Below the pieces are notes generated by a model. That model saw only the letters and a list, made by a program, of their open reading frames with translations. It did no database searches and was not told the DNA's origin. Positions 14,129-26,237 of a stretch of DNA of 64,000 nt are shown here, piece by piece (positions within the stretch are counted from its first letter, which is position 1; every line of letters starts with the position of its first letter). A program made the position numbers and the translations under genes. The stretch comes from Callorhinchus milii (taxonomy: Eukaryota). The DNA is taken from contig NW_024704743.1 in the NCBI RefSeq assembly GCF_018977255.1, positions 83,826,001 through 83,890,000 on the forward strand. Reading direction: 5' to 3'.

Positions 14129-15078
14129 CTAAAGAGTTTGCCAAAGCTATGGAGGACCCGTCCCATTGAGTGCAAACAGCTTCTTTGCTGCAGGAATCCC
14201 AGTCCCCGCCTTTCACTGGTCTGTGTCCTGGATGGATGTCTTCAGCAAAAACCTTCCCTTCGCACTTCTGCGGTGTGTAAACATCGCACCGCATCGGCTC
14301 CTGGTACCCGGGACAGCGAGAGCGGGTTTTGATTTTCTGCATTTAAAATGACTTTCGCTGATAAATGCTGAACAAAGCTGTGTTGTTGGGGACCGGCGCC
14401 CGAGTTACTCCTCGAGGCGATCAAAAGTTAAACGATCGGCTGTGTTACGGACATGGATGAATGTGTCTCACTCACTCACTCACTCACTCACAGACTCACT
14501 GACTGACTGCGGGGAGTCCCGGTGTGTGGCATTGCTCACAGCAGAAGAGCCCGGACTTGGTGTGGAGGTGACTGTCAGTGGAGACACAGACACAGACACA
14601 CACAGAGAGAGAGAGAGAGAGGGTACAGCGCCCGGTGCTGACCATCGGCATCGTGTTCAGAGGGAAAGTCAGTGGCAGCGGATGATCCACTGCACCTGGA
14701 AACTCCCACAGACAGACAGACACGACAAGAAAAAAACACCCCCCACCACCCGGTGCATCCAGTGCGGACAGTGTCAGCAGATCAATCTCCCGCACTCAGA
14801 CACGACCACAGACCCCGACGTCTGAGTTGTCAGAGTCTCACAGGACGCGGCGAAGCCATCACCTACTTAAAGGGGGAGACGCGGTGGAGGCTGAGGGGCG
14901 GGAGCGGCCGCGGCACTATATACACACAGTGTGTGGGGCACACAACCCCCACAGCGCGCTCTGCACACGGGGGGGCAGGGGGGGGGGGGGGGCGAAGGAA
15001 ACTGTGCTGTGCGGTCGAGGGGGAGGGAATCTGCCCCCGTTTACAGACCTCTCCCACTTCAGGGGTTTGATATTAACT

Positions 15079-15522
15079 AAGGGAGGGAGGGAGAGAGAGG
15101 AGAAGGAGGGAGAGAGGGAGAGAGGGAGAGAGAGGAGAAGGAGGGAGGGAGAGAGGGAGAAGGAGGGAGGGAGAGAGGAGAAGGAGGGAGAAGGAGGGAG
15201 AGAGGAGAAGGAGGGAGAGAGAGGAGAAGGAGGGAGGGAGAGAGGGAGAGGAGAAGGAGGGAGGGAGAGAGGAGAAGGAGGGAGAGGAGGGAGAAAGAGG
15301 AGAAGGAGGGAGAGAGGGAGAGGAGGAGGGAGAGAAGAGAAGGAGGGAGAGAGGGAGAGGAGGGAGAGAGAGGAGAAGGAGGGAGAGAGGAGAAGGAGGG
15401 AGAGAGAAGGAGGGAGAGAGGAGAAGGAGGGAGAAGGAGGGAGAGAGGAGAAGGAGGGAGAGAGGAGAAGGAGGGAGAAGGAGGGAGAGGAGAAGGAGGG
15501 AGAGAGGGAGAGGAGAAGGAGA
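15079..15522 (+). repeat. 444-nt pure purine (G/A) low-complexity tract built on GAGAGGAGAAGGAGGG-like units
   Basis: No C or T on the + strand between 15079 and 15522. It ends 86 nt before the ATG. Confidence 0.9.
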
Positions 15523-15607
15523 CCCTTTAAACAGGTGGCGTTCCCCCCGAGCCACTCCGGGTCCAGTTTAACCTGTTGACTTGGCTGCAGTTGGGGTTGG
15601 AGCAGTG

Positions 15608-16264
15608 ATGGACGAGAACCGGAGCGGACTGGAGACCAATGACACGGCGGGAGGAGCGGCGGGAGGGGCGAGGGAGAGGCAGCAGATCAGCACCGACAGC
15701 TTCATCGTCCTCTTCATCTTCAGCCTGATCTTCTGCCTGGGGGTCCTGGGCAACTCGCTGGTCATCACGGTGCTGACCCGCAGCAACCAGGGCAAACCCC
15801 GCAGCACCACCAACATCTTCATCCTGAACCTGAGCATCGCCGACCTGTCCTACCTGCTGCTCTGCATCCCCTTCCAGGCCACCTACTATGTCCTGCCCCA
15901 GTGGATCTTCGGAGGCTTCATCTGCAAGAGCGTCCACTACTTCTTCACCGTCTCCATGCTGGTCAGCGTCTTCACCCTCTCGGCCATGGCTGTGGACCGC
16001 TACATCGCCATCGTCCACTCCAGGAAGTCGTCCTGCATTCGGGTGTCCAGGAACGCCTGGGCCAGCGTGGTCTTCATCTGGTCCCTCTCCCTGGCCGTGG
16101 CATCGCCCGTGGCTTACTATCACATGCTGGTCTACAAGGACCACCATGGTCCTTTCTGCTGGGAGAACTGGAGCGTCCTGAGGCACAGGCAGGTCTACCG
16201 AGTGCTGACATTCCTGGTGGGCTATCTGCTGCCTCTCTGTCTCATCTGCTACTGCTACGCCAAG
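15608..16264 (+). CDS. GALR1: Galanin receptor type 1, coding exon 1 (N-terminus to TM5; 219 codons)
   Basis: ATG at 15608 in good Kozak context (gtgATGG). Translation MDENRS...GNSLVITVL...RSTTNIFILNLSIADLSYLLLCIPFQAT...DRYIAIVHSR...FCWENW...GYLLPLCLICYCYAK has class A GPCR motifs and follows GALR1. It ends AAG|GTAATA in phase 0, at the conserved GALR1 intron position. N-glycosylation sequons NRS and NDT. Confidence 0.96.
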
Positions 16265-16385
16265 GTAATAATAATAATAATAATAATCCTTGCATTTGAT
16301 ACAGCGCTTTTCACGTCGGGCGGACGTCCCAAAGCGCTTCACAGAACGCACTGTAAAGTGAATTGACTGTATGTTTGTGGGCGAA
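16265..16385 (-). mobile_element. 5'-truncated young tRNA-derived SINE inserted at the exon-1 donor
   Basis: (TAA)n tail followed by ccttgcatttgatacagcgcttttcacgtcgggcggacgtcccaaagcgc..., the reverse complement of the 3' end of the full SINE at 13795-14128. Flanked by AAGGTAA at 16262-16268 and 16384-16390. Confidence 0.93.
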
Positions 16386-16400
16386 GGTAAGGTTCACTTT

Positions 16401-16525
16401 TCAGACTTCAGCCCCGCCCTTTCCCTTCACTTGTCCTAACCATCCCTCAGACCTCAGCCCCCCCTTTCTCCTCAGTTGTCCTAACCATCCCTCAGACCTC
16501 AGCCCCCCCTTTCCCCTCAGTTGTC
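16401..16525 (+). repeat. ~45-bp minisatellite, about 2.7 copies
   Basis: Unit tcagacctcagccccccctttcycctcagttgtcctaaccatccc repeated in tandem. Confidence 0.85.
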
Positions 16526-18212
16526 TTGTCAAGAACCGATCCTGACATCTTAAGGCTCACACTGAGCTGAGATTCTTGCTTATACAGTGCTGTAGATTTT
16601 CATCTTTCTCCCCCCACCAAGAGAAAACAATCTTAAACAAATTGATGTTACCCATAGGACATCTTCTAAAGAAAACAAATACATCCTTTTCCCGGAGTAA
16701 ACTCAAACCCACATCCTTCTGCTCTTACAAATAAATCTGTGTCTGCAAATGAGTACTTAGTGAGATTTATTTCCTCCATTCTCAGCTCACCCCCGTGAGA
16801 AGTTACTTCCAGGCGTAACTTTCACTCATTCGTCACGGCAATAAAACCTGGAAGCCACCCGGGCTGCACTTAGCAAGGTATTCAACTGGAAATAACTACA
16901 CTGCAAAAGCTTTCCACAACTCACCCTCTCACTGTCCAGGCTCTGTGCTCCAGTGAGTACCTGAGGCGGCTCTGACATCCTCACTGTTCGCTTTCCACAC
17001 AGAAACTCCTCCTGTACATTTGCCCCGAGCCCCAAAAAGCCATCACCCCCCCATCCCAACATTCACTGTATTTTTTTTGTAAATGAACGGTTCAAATGGC
17101 ACGATTACACCAACACGAGGACAAAATGAAAATAAACGCAACTTTGGAGATCCCGTTCTAAACCCATCTTAAAGAAATGCGGCCGTCGGAGAAAGAGAAG
17201 AGCTTGTAGCAGGATCTACCAGATAGTCTCTTCTCTTCTTTCTTTCTCTCTGCAAATTATCGTTTCGTTCACTGAATGCATTAGTTAAATTGTTAACAGA
17301 CGAATGGATGTTTGTCTTGTTTGGTTCATTGATTTATATTGCTAGTTTGATGTGTACCCATCTGGGAGAAGGATAAGTTAAACATGGATTTCTGATTATT
17401 TTCATTGATATGAGTCTAAAAATTGTTTCCAACAGAGACAGACCTGATAAGGTGGACTGAACCTTAAATGTATTTTTAATCCACTTGCATTTTTAAAAGA
17501 AGGGATGGTAGTTTAGCACGGCTTCTTTTTATGCTTTTCTCTTTTTAAGTGCTTAAGTCTCATCGCTTAATCTGTAAAACGAAATAACATTTCATGAAAA
17601 TGTGTCAGGATTTATCCTTGTAGCAAGATTCATCTTAAATGTACATTCCTGCAGAATTTTACATTTACATTTATTGCGTACATCTACAAAATACATGGTC
17701 ACGTACAAGATAAACACCCTTTACAGTGAATCATGTGAAGTGCTTTGATAAGCCATCCCAGTATGAAAGGTGACATATCGAATGCAAGGGTTATTCTCAT
17801 TATTTTTATTATTATTCTAAAATTGCTCATTAACAAAACGGCAAAATGAAGGAACAATTTAAATCCATTAAAAATTGATAAGTTGACAAAATCGTTTTGC
17901 AATATCTGAGATCCCAAACTTCTCAAGGCTTTAGCTTTTTTGTGGGGATTTTGGAAAATTCTTATATTCAGCCTTAATTTGGAAGCTGTTTTCCGAACTG
18001 GAAAATAACGTAGGTCTGAATTGGACAATTTCCAAAATTCTGCTTCATCTTAGATTTTAAGTCAATGTGACAGTGGTTTTATTGGCAATACTGTTAGAAA
18101 TTTCAGACTTCTGGGATCAAATCTGGCCCAGATTGAAAATGTCATCAGTCTCTGCCCTTGTAAGGGTCCTGAGTGATATTTGATCTGCAGTCTCAGTTCC
18201 ACTGACTGGCAA

Positions 18213-19052
18213 AATAATAATCCTTATAACAATCCTTGCGCTTTTTTTCTTCATGCTTTTCATGTTTTTTCTCTCTAGACGTCTCAAAGCACTTCACAGA
18301 ATATACTATAAAGTGAATTCACTGTATATTTGTGGGCGAAACGCAACAGCCAATTGCGCACAGCAGTGTCCCACAAATGGTCGTGGATTGAAGTGATCAA
18401 TATTGCTTTTTTTCTTGAGGGATTATTATCAGGCATGTGAAGTAAGCAGACTTGGCCAAGGTTTTGCCGGGAATTGAACCCAGGGTGAAGCGAGTGCTCT
18501 ACAACAACAACAAGATTCCATTTATAGAGCGCCTTTCACGTCGGGAGGACGTCCCAAGGCGCTGGACAGTTGGGTCAGGACCCGAGCAGGGGGGAAATGG
18601 TCAGGGTGAGGGGAGGGAAGGGAGGGAGCGAGGAGGGGGTAGAGAGTCGAGAGGGGAGCTGAAGGCACGGTCAAAGAGAGAGGTCTTGAGACCGGCCTTG
18701 AAGGAGGAAAGGGAGGAGGCGGCGAAGGCACTGGGGGATAGAGTTCCAGAGCCTGGGGGCTGAGAGGCTGAAGGCCCGGCCACCGATGGTAGGGTGGTTG
18801 GGGCGGGGGATGTGGAGCAGACTAAAGCCAGAGGAACGGAGGGTACGGGCAGGTAGGTAGGGGGATAGTAGGTCGGAGAGGTAGGAGGGAGCGAGGCCGT
18901 GAATGGCCTTGAAGGTGAGGATGAGGATCTTGAATTTGATCCTCTGGGGGATGGGAAGCCAGTGGAGGCGAGCGAGGGTGGGAGTTATGTGGTTGCGAAG
19001 CCTGGTGTGGGACAGTACACGAGCTGCACTAACCACTGAGCTACAGGATTCC
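18213..19052 (-). mobile_element. SINE split by an L2 insertion (SINE 18213-18501 plus 19029-19052)
   Basis: The head sequence gagtgctcta|accactgagctacagga is interrupted by L2 DNA, with CTA duplicated. Confidence 0.85.
18502..19028 (-). mobile_element. Young L2 LINE 3' fragment
   Basis: [38 protein letters not shown]... with (CAA)n tail. Highly similar to 50120-50658. Confidence 0.9.
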
Positions 19053-19250
19053 ACTGGTAGTTTAGTTTCACAACAGAGTTGGTGTATTAGAACTAATTGT
19101 CGATTGTGGTCATAAGTATGGCTCATGTGGACAGCAAGAATTCATAACAATGCAACTGAGGATTCTGAAATTGAAGTTTTAAGCACCATTGTTGGGACAG
19201 AGCAGAAGGAGGTTTACCTTGCATTTGATATAGCACCTTTCATGTCATGA

Positions 19251-19582
19251 TAATAATAATAATAATAATAATAATCCTTGCATTTGATATAGCGCTTTTC
19301 ACGTCGGGAGGACGTCCCAAAGCGCTTCACAGAATATACTGTAAAGTGAATTGACTGTATATTTGTGGGCGAACGCGGCAGCCAATTGCGCACAGCAATG
19401 TCCCACAAACAGTCGTAGATTGAAAAAGACCAATTTATTATTGTTTTGGGTTTTTGGAGGGATTATTATTAGGCGTGTGGAGTAAGGAAACTTGCCCAAG
19501 GTTTCGCCCTGCCCTGCCTGGAATTGAACCCAGGTGTCTTGCTTGCAAAGCAAGTGCTCTAACCACTGAGCTACAGGACTCC
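19251..19582 (-). mobile_element. Full-length young SINE nested in an older SINE tail
   Basis: Reverse complement of the same family with apparent TSD ATGAT. The flanks rejoin as an older SINE 3' end. Confidence 0.88.
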
Positions 19583-20107
19583 ATGATGACATCCCAAAGG
19601 GCTTCAAAGGATTCATTGTAATGTTAAGTGAAAGACCAAGGCCATCTTGCTTGGCTCCCATCAGCGCCTCCTCACCTCAGATGCTGAAAGCATCATAATG
19701 TTCATAATAATAATAATCCTTGCATTTGATATAGACCCTTATTATACCATTGAGACATCTCAAAGCACTTCACAGGATTTACTCTGAAGTGGATTATGGC
19801 CAGATTATCTGGCAGACATCAGAGCCTGGATGAGCACAAACTTCTTGCAACTAAATGTCAACAAGACAGAAGCCATACCGCTTGGCTCCCGTCAGTGTTT
19901 TCTGACCCCTGCGGCTCTGACCTCCTCAACCTCTTCAGCCTATCCCTCAGACTCACCAAACCGATGCGCAACCTAAAACTATGGAGATTTATCAACATTT
20001 AAAAAACAAGGAATTTGTAAACACTTCTGAACTTTGCTTCAAAATATTCATCTATTCATTTTGTGACAGAGGAGTGAAACTTTTATTTTATATGTGGAGT
20101 TTATATT

Positions 20108-21092
20108 TTTACATGCTCCCTCTTGGCGATGTCATCTGTAGACTTGGGTCAACTTCCACATGTGTGCGGATGACACCCAAATCTACTTCTCCTCCAGCTG
20201 CGACTCCCAGTCCGCTGATGTCCTGTCAGCTTGCCTGGATGAGTATAAATTTCCTGCAACTGAATGTCAGCAAGACGGAAGCCATACTGCTTAGCTCCCG
20301 TCAACGTCTTCTTTCCTGCGGGTCTGAGCACTTCAACCTCCCCACTCTCCTCCAGACTCACTGAACCCGTGCACAATTTAGGTCAAATTCACTCCACACC
20401 TTTCCTTTCTCCCCCACATCCGTTCCCTGACCAGGACCGCTTTTTTCCACCTTGGCCACATTGTCCGCCACAGTCCGTACCTCACACCCACAGCAGCCGA
20501 AAACCTCGTCCATGCCGCCTCCACTACCAGGCTGGACTATTCAAATGCCCTCCTCACTGGTTTCCTCAATTCCACCATACATAAAATTCAATTCATTCAG
20601 AACTCCGCCGCCCGGATACGCAACCCCACAAAACTCCTTACCCCCATCACACCAGACCTTGCCAGGTTGCACTGGCTCCCAATTACCCAATGGATCGACT
20701 TCAAGATCTTCTCACTCATTTTCAAATCCCTTCATGCCCTAACACCTCCTACCTATCCGACCTGCTTACTCCCAACTCCTCCACCCGCTGCCTCTGCTCA
20801 GCCAGGTCCGGCCTCCTGTTTGTCCCTTGTTCCCTCCGCTCCACCACTGGTGTCTGTGCTTTCAACCACTATGTCCTGAAGCTCTGGAGCTCCCTCCCTC
20901 AATCCCTCCAACTTGCCCCCTCCCTCTCCACTTTCAAGTTCCACTTAAAGATCTTCCTTTTTGAGTGTGCTTATGGTCACCTACCCCTCCCTCTTCCTCT
21001 GGCTCGGTGTCAGATTCCGCCACTGTTGAGCGCTCCAGGATCGCTACCCCGCGTGAAGAGCGCTATATAAATGTAAGCTGCTGTTGTTGTTG
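20108..21092 (+). mobile_element. 5'-truncated L2 LINE
   Basis: YMLPLGDVI...HWLPITQWIDFK...FKFHLKIFLF, with 3' hairpin and (TTG)n tail. Confidence 0.88.
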
Positions 21093-23930
21093 TACTTGGC
21101 TTTTCCAGAGATCAATTAATAATTTCAGAATGTTATTAATTCATTTCTGGATTGAAGTAAAAGTAAAGTTTCATATTGTTTTGTTGCTGTTGGATAGACT
21201 TTCAGGACCACTAGGGCAGTGAAAAGAAAAAATAAATTTGTTGATGTAATTTGCACTCATCACTTCATCTACAGGAGTTGCATTGTGTTAGTGTATTTAG
21301 CTTGTTTGAAAGAAGCATAGGTTCGCTGAGCATCTAGTGCAGGCTCACACGCCAGTGAAATACTAGGGAAGGAAGCACTCCAATATTGATAGTTTCATCC
21401 TTCAAAGGAGGCATTTAAACCAGGTTCCAGTCTATCTGTTTAGGTGGATGTTAAAGATTCCTTAGCAGTATTTGAAAAAAGAAGTTTCTCCCAGATTCTT
21501 GGCCAACAATCGTCAAGATGAATTTGTCATTCACCAGAATTTGCAACTTGCGCAATAGCCTTCATATTGTTACTCAATACAGAATCAATACACTTGATAG
21601 AAAATACCTGTGAAGCACATTGAGATGTTTCAACATTGTAGATATATCAAATGAAATAATTATTTATTATTATTCTGTAACATGCTCTGAATCTTTTCAA
21701 TAACATTATGTATGTATCACATTAACTACCTTTGGGAAGAAATCTTTTCTAATTTAAGTAGACTTAATTTAGATTAATTTTGTCTCAGTTCCGCATTCTG
21801 CTACTTGTCTCACCATCACCAAAGAAAATCTAATAATACTTACATTCAATAAAGCTCTTTATTACATCATTAAAACAACTCATTACAGGAATTACTATAA
21901 AGTGTAGACGAACACAATAGCTCACATTGCTCACAGCAATGTCTCATAAATAGCCATGAAGTGAATGACCAATTTTATTTGGAGGATTTTGGCCAGGACA
22001 CTGCACTGGACTCTCAGCTTAGACTATGAGCTCAAAGCCCCAATGTGGGGATTTAACTTACAAATTTTGATTCAGAGGCCTATCACCCGAACCAGATTGA
22101 CACCATGAATATTTTACCTTGGTAGCACCTTTAAGAAATATTTTTTTATAATCACTACATCCAAATAAAATCAACAGATTTTTAAAATTTAAATGTAATT
22201 TGAGTGTGTCTGTATTATCCTTACCCCAGAAACTGAAACTGCTAAACCTAACCTGTATCGATTATTAGTACTTTGGTTAATTAAACTTTCAGTGCTCTTG
22301 CACACAATGTACAAAATAGCTTCCAGACTACCAAATAATGCAGCAACACTAATTGCGGTGTAAAAGGTCCCCTGTGTATGTCAATTCTGATTTGATCCTC
22401 ACTGCTCTATACTTTATACATCATGGATTTTGCTGACTTGGAGTGCAGTAATGAGAACATTATTGTGCTATCAATTCTAGTGTTCTTTTTTAAAATCACT
22501 CCTTTGACTTTTTTTCTTCTTTGACTGCATAACCTAGGCTGCCAATCCTTTGCAGTCCTGGGAGAGCTTTGTATTGGCAGAAGTGGCATCCCTCAGATCA
22601 GACATCAAACAGAAGTTCAGATGAACATTTAAAATCCCATGACAAATAGAAGTGAGATTCTCCTGGTGTCCTGGTGAACAGTCCTCCAGATAAATCTGTA
22701 TTTATCTCATGGGTGTTTGTGCTTGATAATAATAATAAATACAACATTAACAACAGCTTGCATTTAAATAGTACCCTCCACCCAGGGTAGAGTCTCGAGA
22801 CGCTTTATACAATAAATTATACATAATAGAATCAATAAATAATACATAATCCTTACATTTGATATAATACCCATCATATCAGGGGGATGTCTCAAAGCGC
22901 TTCACAGCATATACTGTAAAGTATAAATATTGCGTATTTTGTAGGCAAATACAAATGCACACAGCAATGTCCAACAAACAGCCATGAAGTGACCAATTTT
23001 ATTTGCGGGATTCTTGGCCAGGATACTGGGAAAACTTCCTTTCGAATAGTACTACGGAATCTTTAATGGCCATCTGAACAGGCAGACAGGATCTTAGGTT
23101 AACATCTCCCCAAAGGGTGACATCTCCGGCAATGCAGCACACCATCAGCACTGCACTGGAGTGTCAGCCTGGACCAGTAGTGGCTAATTTGTGGCCCATG
23201 GGGCCATCAAGAAGCACCCACCCAAAACATTCACACAAGTCTAGGTAAGTCTGTATTTGATCGCTGATGTGTTTTCAGTTTTTTCTTAATTGAATATTTT
23301 TTGATTCATGGCAAATTCAAAGTCTCTGTAAGGGGCTAGAGCCCACAACCTTCTGACTCAGAGGTGAGAGTGCTACAAACTGAGCCAGACTGACACCTGG
23401 ATTACTGTAAAGAGTTTTGAAATGTTTTGACGTACAATAAAAATTCAAGTTCTTTTTTTCTTAACATATGACCATAGCAGTGAAAAGCACGAATGTTTCA
23501 GAACAATATTTTGTTCATACAGGATCTGGACAGAGGATTACAACAAATTGTCATTCCATAACTAAAGCGTTGCCCGAAGATAGTCGTTATCATGGTTATG
23601 ATGAAAATGTTGTTGATATCTTGTCATAGGTATATCAGTAAAGCACATTAAAAAAAGGTCTAATATTAGTACTAGCTGAGCATGTTTCCCATACTGTGTG
23701 ATATTTAAAATGCTGCTACAGTTCAATCTTTTAATATACCAAATATCTTTGTTTAAACATATTCCATACAAATTGCAGTTACTACCTAACTGTGGCACAC
23801 TTTGCTGACTGAACAATAGTCATTTCAAATCTGTTCATTTCTGATGTTTTGTTGAATTTCAACAAAAAGAAAATGCTTGAGGGTGTTTTATTTCATCATT
23901 AATTTGTAATAATGCTTTTCCTATTTTCAG

Positions 23931-23996
23931 GTGCTAAATCACTTGCACAAGAAATTGCGCAATATTTCAAAGAAATCTGAAACATCCAAAAAGAAG
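23931..23996 (+). CDS. GALR1: Galanin receptor type 1, coding exon 2 (ICL3; VLNHLHKKLRNISKKSETSKKK)
   Basis: 66-nt exon absent from the ORF track. Acceptor ttttcctattttcag|GTG and donor AAG|gtatgt. The peptide matches human VLNHLHKKLKNMSKKSEASKKK, phase 0/0. Confidence 0.96.
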
Positions 23997-24830
23997 GTAT
24001 GTCGTTTGCTAGGTTGGTAATGTTTTCAGAAATACAACTGAATGTCTGCTGTGCTTCAAACTTTTCTACAAGCTAAACTGGTAGAACATAACAAGGTATG
24101 TATCGATAAACACAAATTCTTCTATCAAGATTGATCTGTGTGATTGGCAATTTGTAAAGCATTTTAAACTATTTGCGATGCTCTTCAACTTCATGACTAA
24201 TTGTGGGACTTAGTTGTGCACAAATTGGCTGCTCTGGTCACCTGCAAAATATATCCAGTCACTGCACTTTACAGTGTGAAGTGCTTTGAGACGTCTTGAC
24301 ACTGTGATAAGGGGCTACATCAAATGCAAGGTTTATTATTATTATATTATCAAAAACAGTGGTTATTATTTTCTTTTGATATCCTTTGTAAAAGATTCAC
24401 ATATAGAAATGAGTAGAGACTATAACACCACTTGCATTTATATAGTGTCCTTCTGGAGATAATATCTCAGAGGACTTCTAAATGATAGTACAGATGCCAA
24501 ACTGTACCAAGAAATTCTGAATGTATTACTGTAGTAAGACATACTTTTTCCATAACGTGAAGCTCCATTATCACCCTCTTATAATAAATAAATGCATTGA
24601 ACAAAGGATACAGCATTTTCCAATGAGCTAGTGGACAAAGTTGCTAACTACCAAGGACTAAGTCTCACAAACCAGAAAATCACAGGTTTATTTCTCAGGT
24701 TGAATTAGCCTATCTCAGTCAGGCATTTGATACATTATAATTGGAGTTAGGCAAATATATTAGTCAGGTTCCCATTCCTGCTGATTGTTATACTGGACCT
24801 CAAACATGTGTGGATGTTGAATAAGAAAAA

Positions 24831-25144
24831 GAGTCCTGAAACTCAATGGTTAGAGCACTCGCCTCATAAGCGAGAGACCTGGGTTCGATTCCCGGCAGGG
24901 CCAAACCTTGGGCAAGTTTCCTTATTTCACACGTCTGATAATAATCCCTCCAAAAAAAAACAATAATAAAATTGGTCACTTCAATTCACGACTGTTTGTG
25001 GGACACTGCTGTGCGCAATTGGCTGCTGCATTTCGCCCACAAATATACAATCAATTCACTTTACAGTATATTCTATGAAGCACTTTGAGGCATCCAAAAG
25101 ACGTGAAAAGTGCTATATCAAATGCAAGGATTATTATTATTATT
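24831..25144 (+). mobile_element. tRNA-derived SINE inserted in an LF-SINE-like relic
   Basis: Head, body and (TTA)n tail. The flanks at 24630-24830 and 25145-25190 resemble a degraded LF-SINE-like element. Confidence 0.85.
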
Positions 25145-25863
25145 AAGATCTGGCTCAGCTGTGATGCCTTTGCTCACAATGGAAGGACAGGCACGTAGGA
25201 TGGTGTGTTCCCAGATTTGTTCACGAGAGCACAAGATTGGTTTGACTGAAGAAGCCCTTCAGTTCATTTGATCTAATCCTTCAGAATACCCACCCCATTG
25301 TCCTCCATCACATATCAAGGTGTTTTTTTTTAAATATGAGTCGAGTGTCCTGGCTTCAACCACCCTGCTTTATAAATTGTTCTAGTTGTTAATTACTCTC
25401 TAGGTTGCTGCTGGCAAACATTGAACTATTCTCCAGGAATAGGGAGCATTCACCTTACCTCGTTTGACCCTATTCCCTAATATTGTAACATTAAACAATA
25501 ATTCACCGTCATTAAAATAAAATGACAATCAGAATTGAAGTCTGAGTACAATTTGTTTTCACGTTACTGATGTGTAATTAAATGCAGTCATTGTTCTGAA
25601 TAGTTTTCAGCCAATATGTTCAGACATTTGAAATGTTAATACTTTGCATATTGGGTCAGAAGTTCCATATTCTCCTGTTAAACTTATTACATTATTGAAG
25701 GTTGAGAAACTATTATGCAGGGATACTTAACCTTTAGAAACTTGCTCTTTACTCTTATAACAGGCACTGTGCAAGATCTTAATTGTAAAAGCAGAGAATA
25801 TGCTTACTGATGCCTACTGATGTTTGGCCACAGAACACACAGTCACTGACTGCACTTTACAGT

Positions 25864-26237
25864 ATAATAATAATCCTTGCATTTGATATCGTGTTTGATT
25901 ACGTCTTCGAGACATTTCAAAGCACTTCACAGAATATAGTGCAAAATAAATTGACTGTGTATCTTGTGGGCAAAAAGCGGCAGCCAATTGCGCACAGCAG
26001 TTTCCACAAGCATCCATGATTTGAGTGTCCAAATTATTTTTTTTGAAAGGATTACTCCCCCCCCCCCCGGAAAAGTGATCTGACAACCAACTGACAACCA
26101 GGTTCCTACTTACTGCTAGGTAAATGGAGGTGTGTGGAGTAGGGAAACTTTTGGCCAACATTTCGCCCTGTCGGGAATCGAACCCAGGTATCTCGCTTGT
26201 GGAACCAGTGCTCTAACCACTGAGCTGCAGGACTCCA
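25864..26237 (-). mobile_element. tRNA-derived SINE, long variant
   Basis: Same head and tail, plus an extra internal segment (cctacttactgctaggtaaa...). Confidence 0.85.

Larger units (their letters stand above)
14150..16390. promoter_or_regulatory. CpG-rich island spanning the GALR1 promoter and exon 1
   Basis: Dense CG dinucleotides against an AT-rich, CpG-poor background. GC box ggggcggga at 14895-14903, TATATA at 14917-14922, G-runs at 14969-14992, and (CACT)n/(GA)n microsatellites. Confidence 0.7.

Noticed and set aside
14622..14641. REST/RE1-like half sites (gtacagcgcc and ggtgctga)
   Set aside because: Non-canonical orientation and a mismatch. Too weak without binding data.
14827..15579. 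250-aa Glu/Arg/Gly-rich ORF and the antisense Leu/Ser/Pro ORF
   Set aside because: These are translations of the polypurine tract, which cannot contain stops on the + strand. No domain is evident.
15581..15607. TTG-initiated N-terminal extension in the ORF track
   Set aside because: The ATG at 15608 has good Kozak context and gives a normal-length GALR1.
15527..16351. 274-aa antisense ORF over GALR1 exon 1
   Set aside because: Shadow of GC3-rich coding sequence that starts inside the SINE.
16401..16525. CRISPR-like periodicity
   Set aside because: Head-to-tail minisatellite with no unique spacers, in vertebrate DNA.
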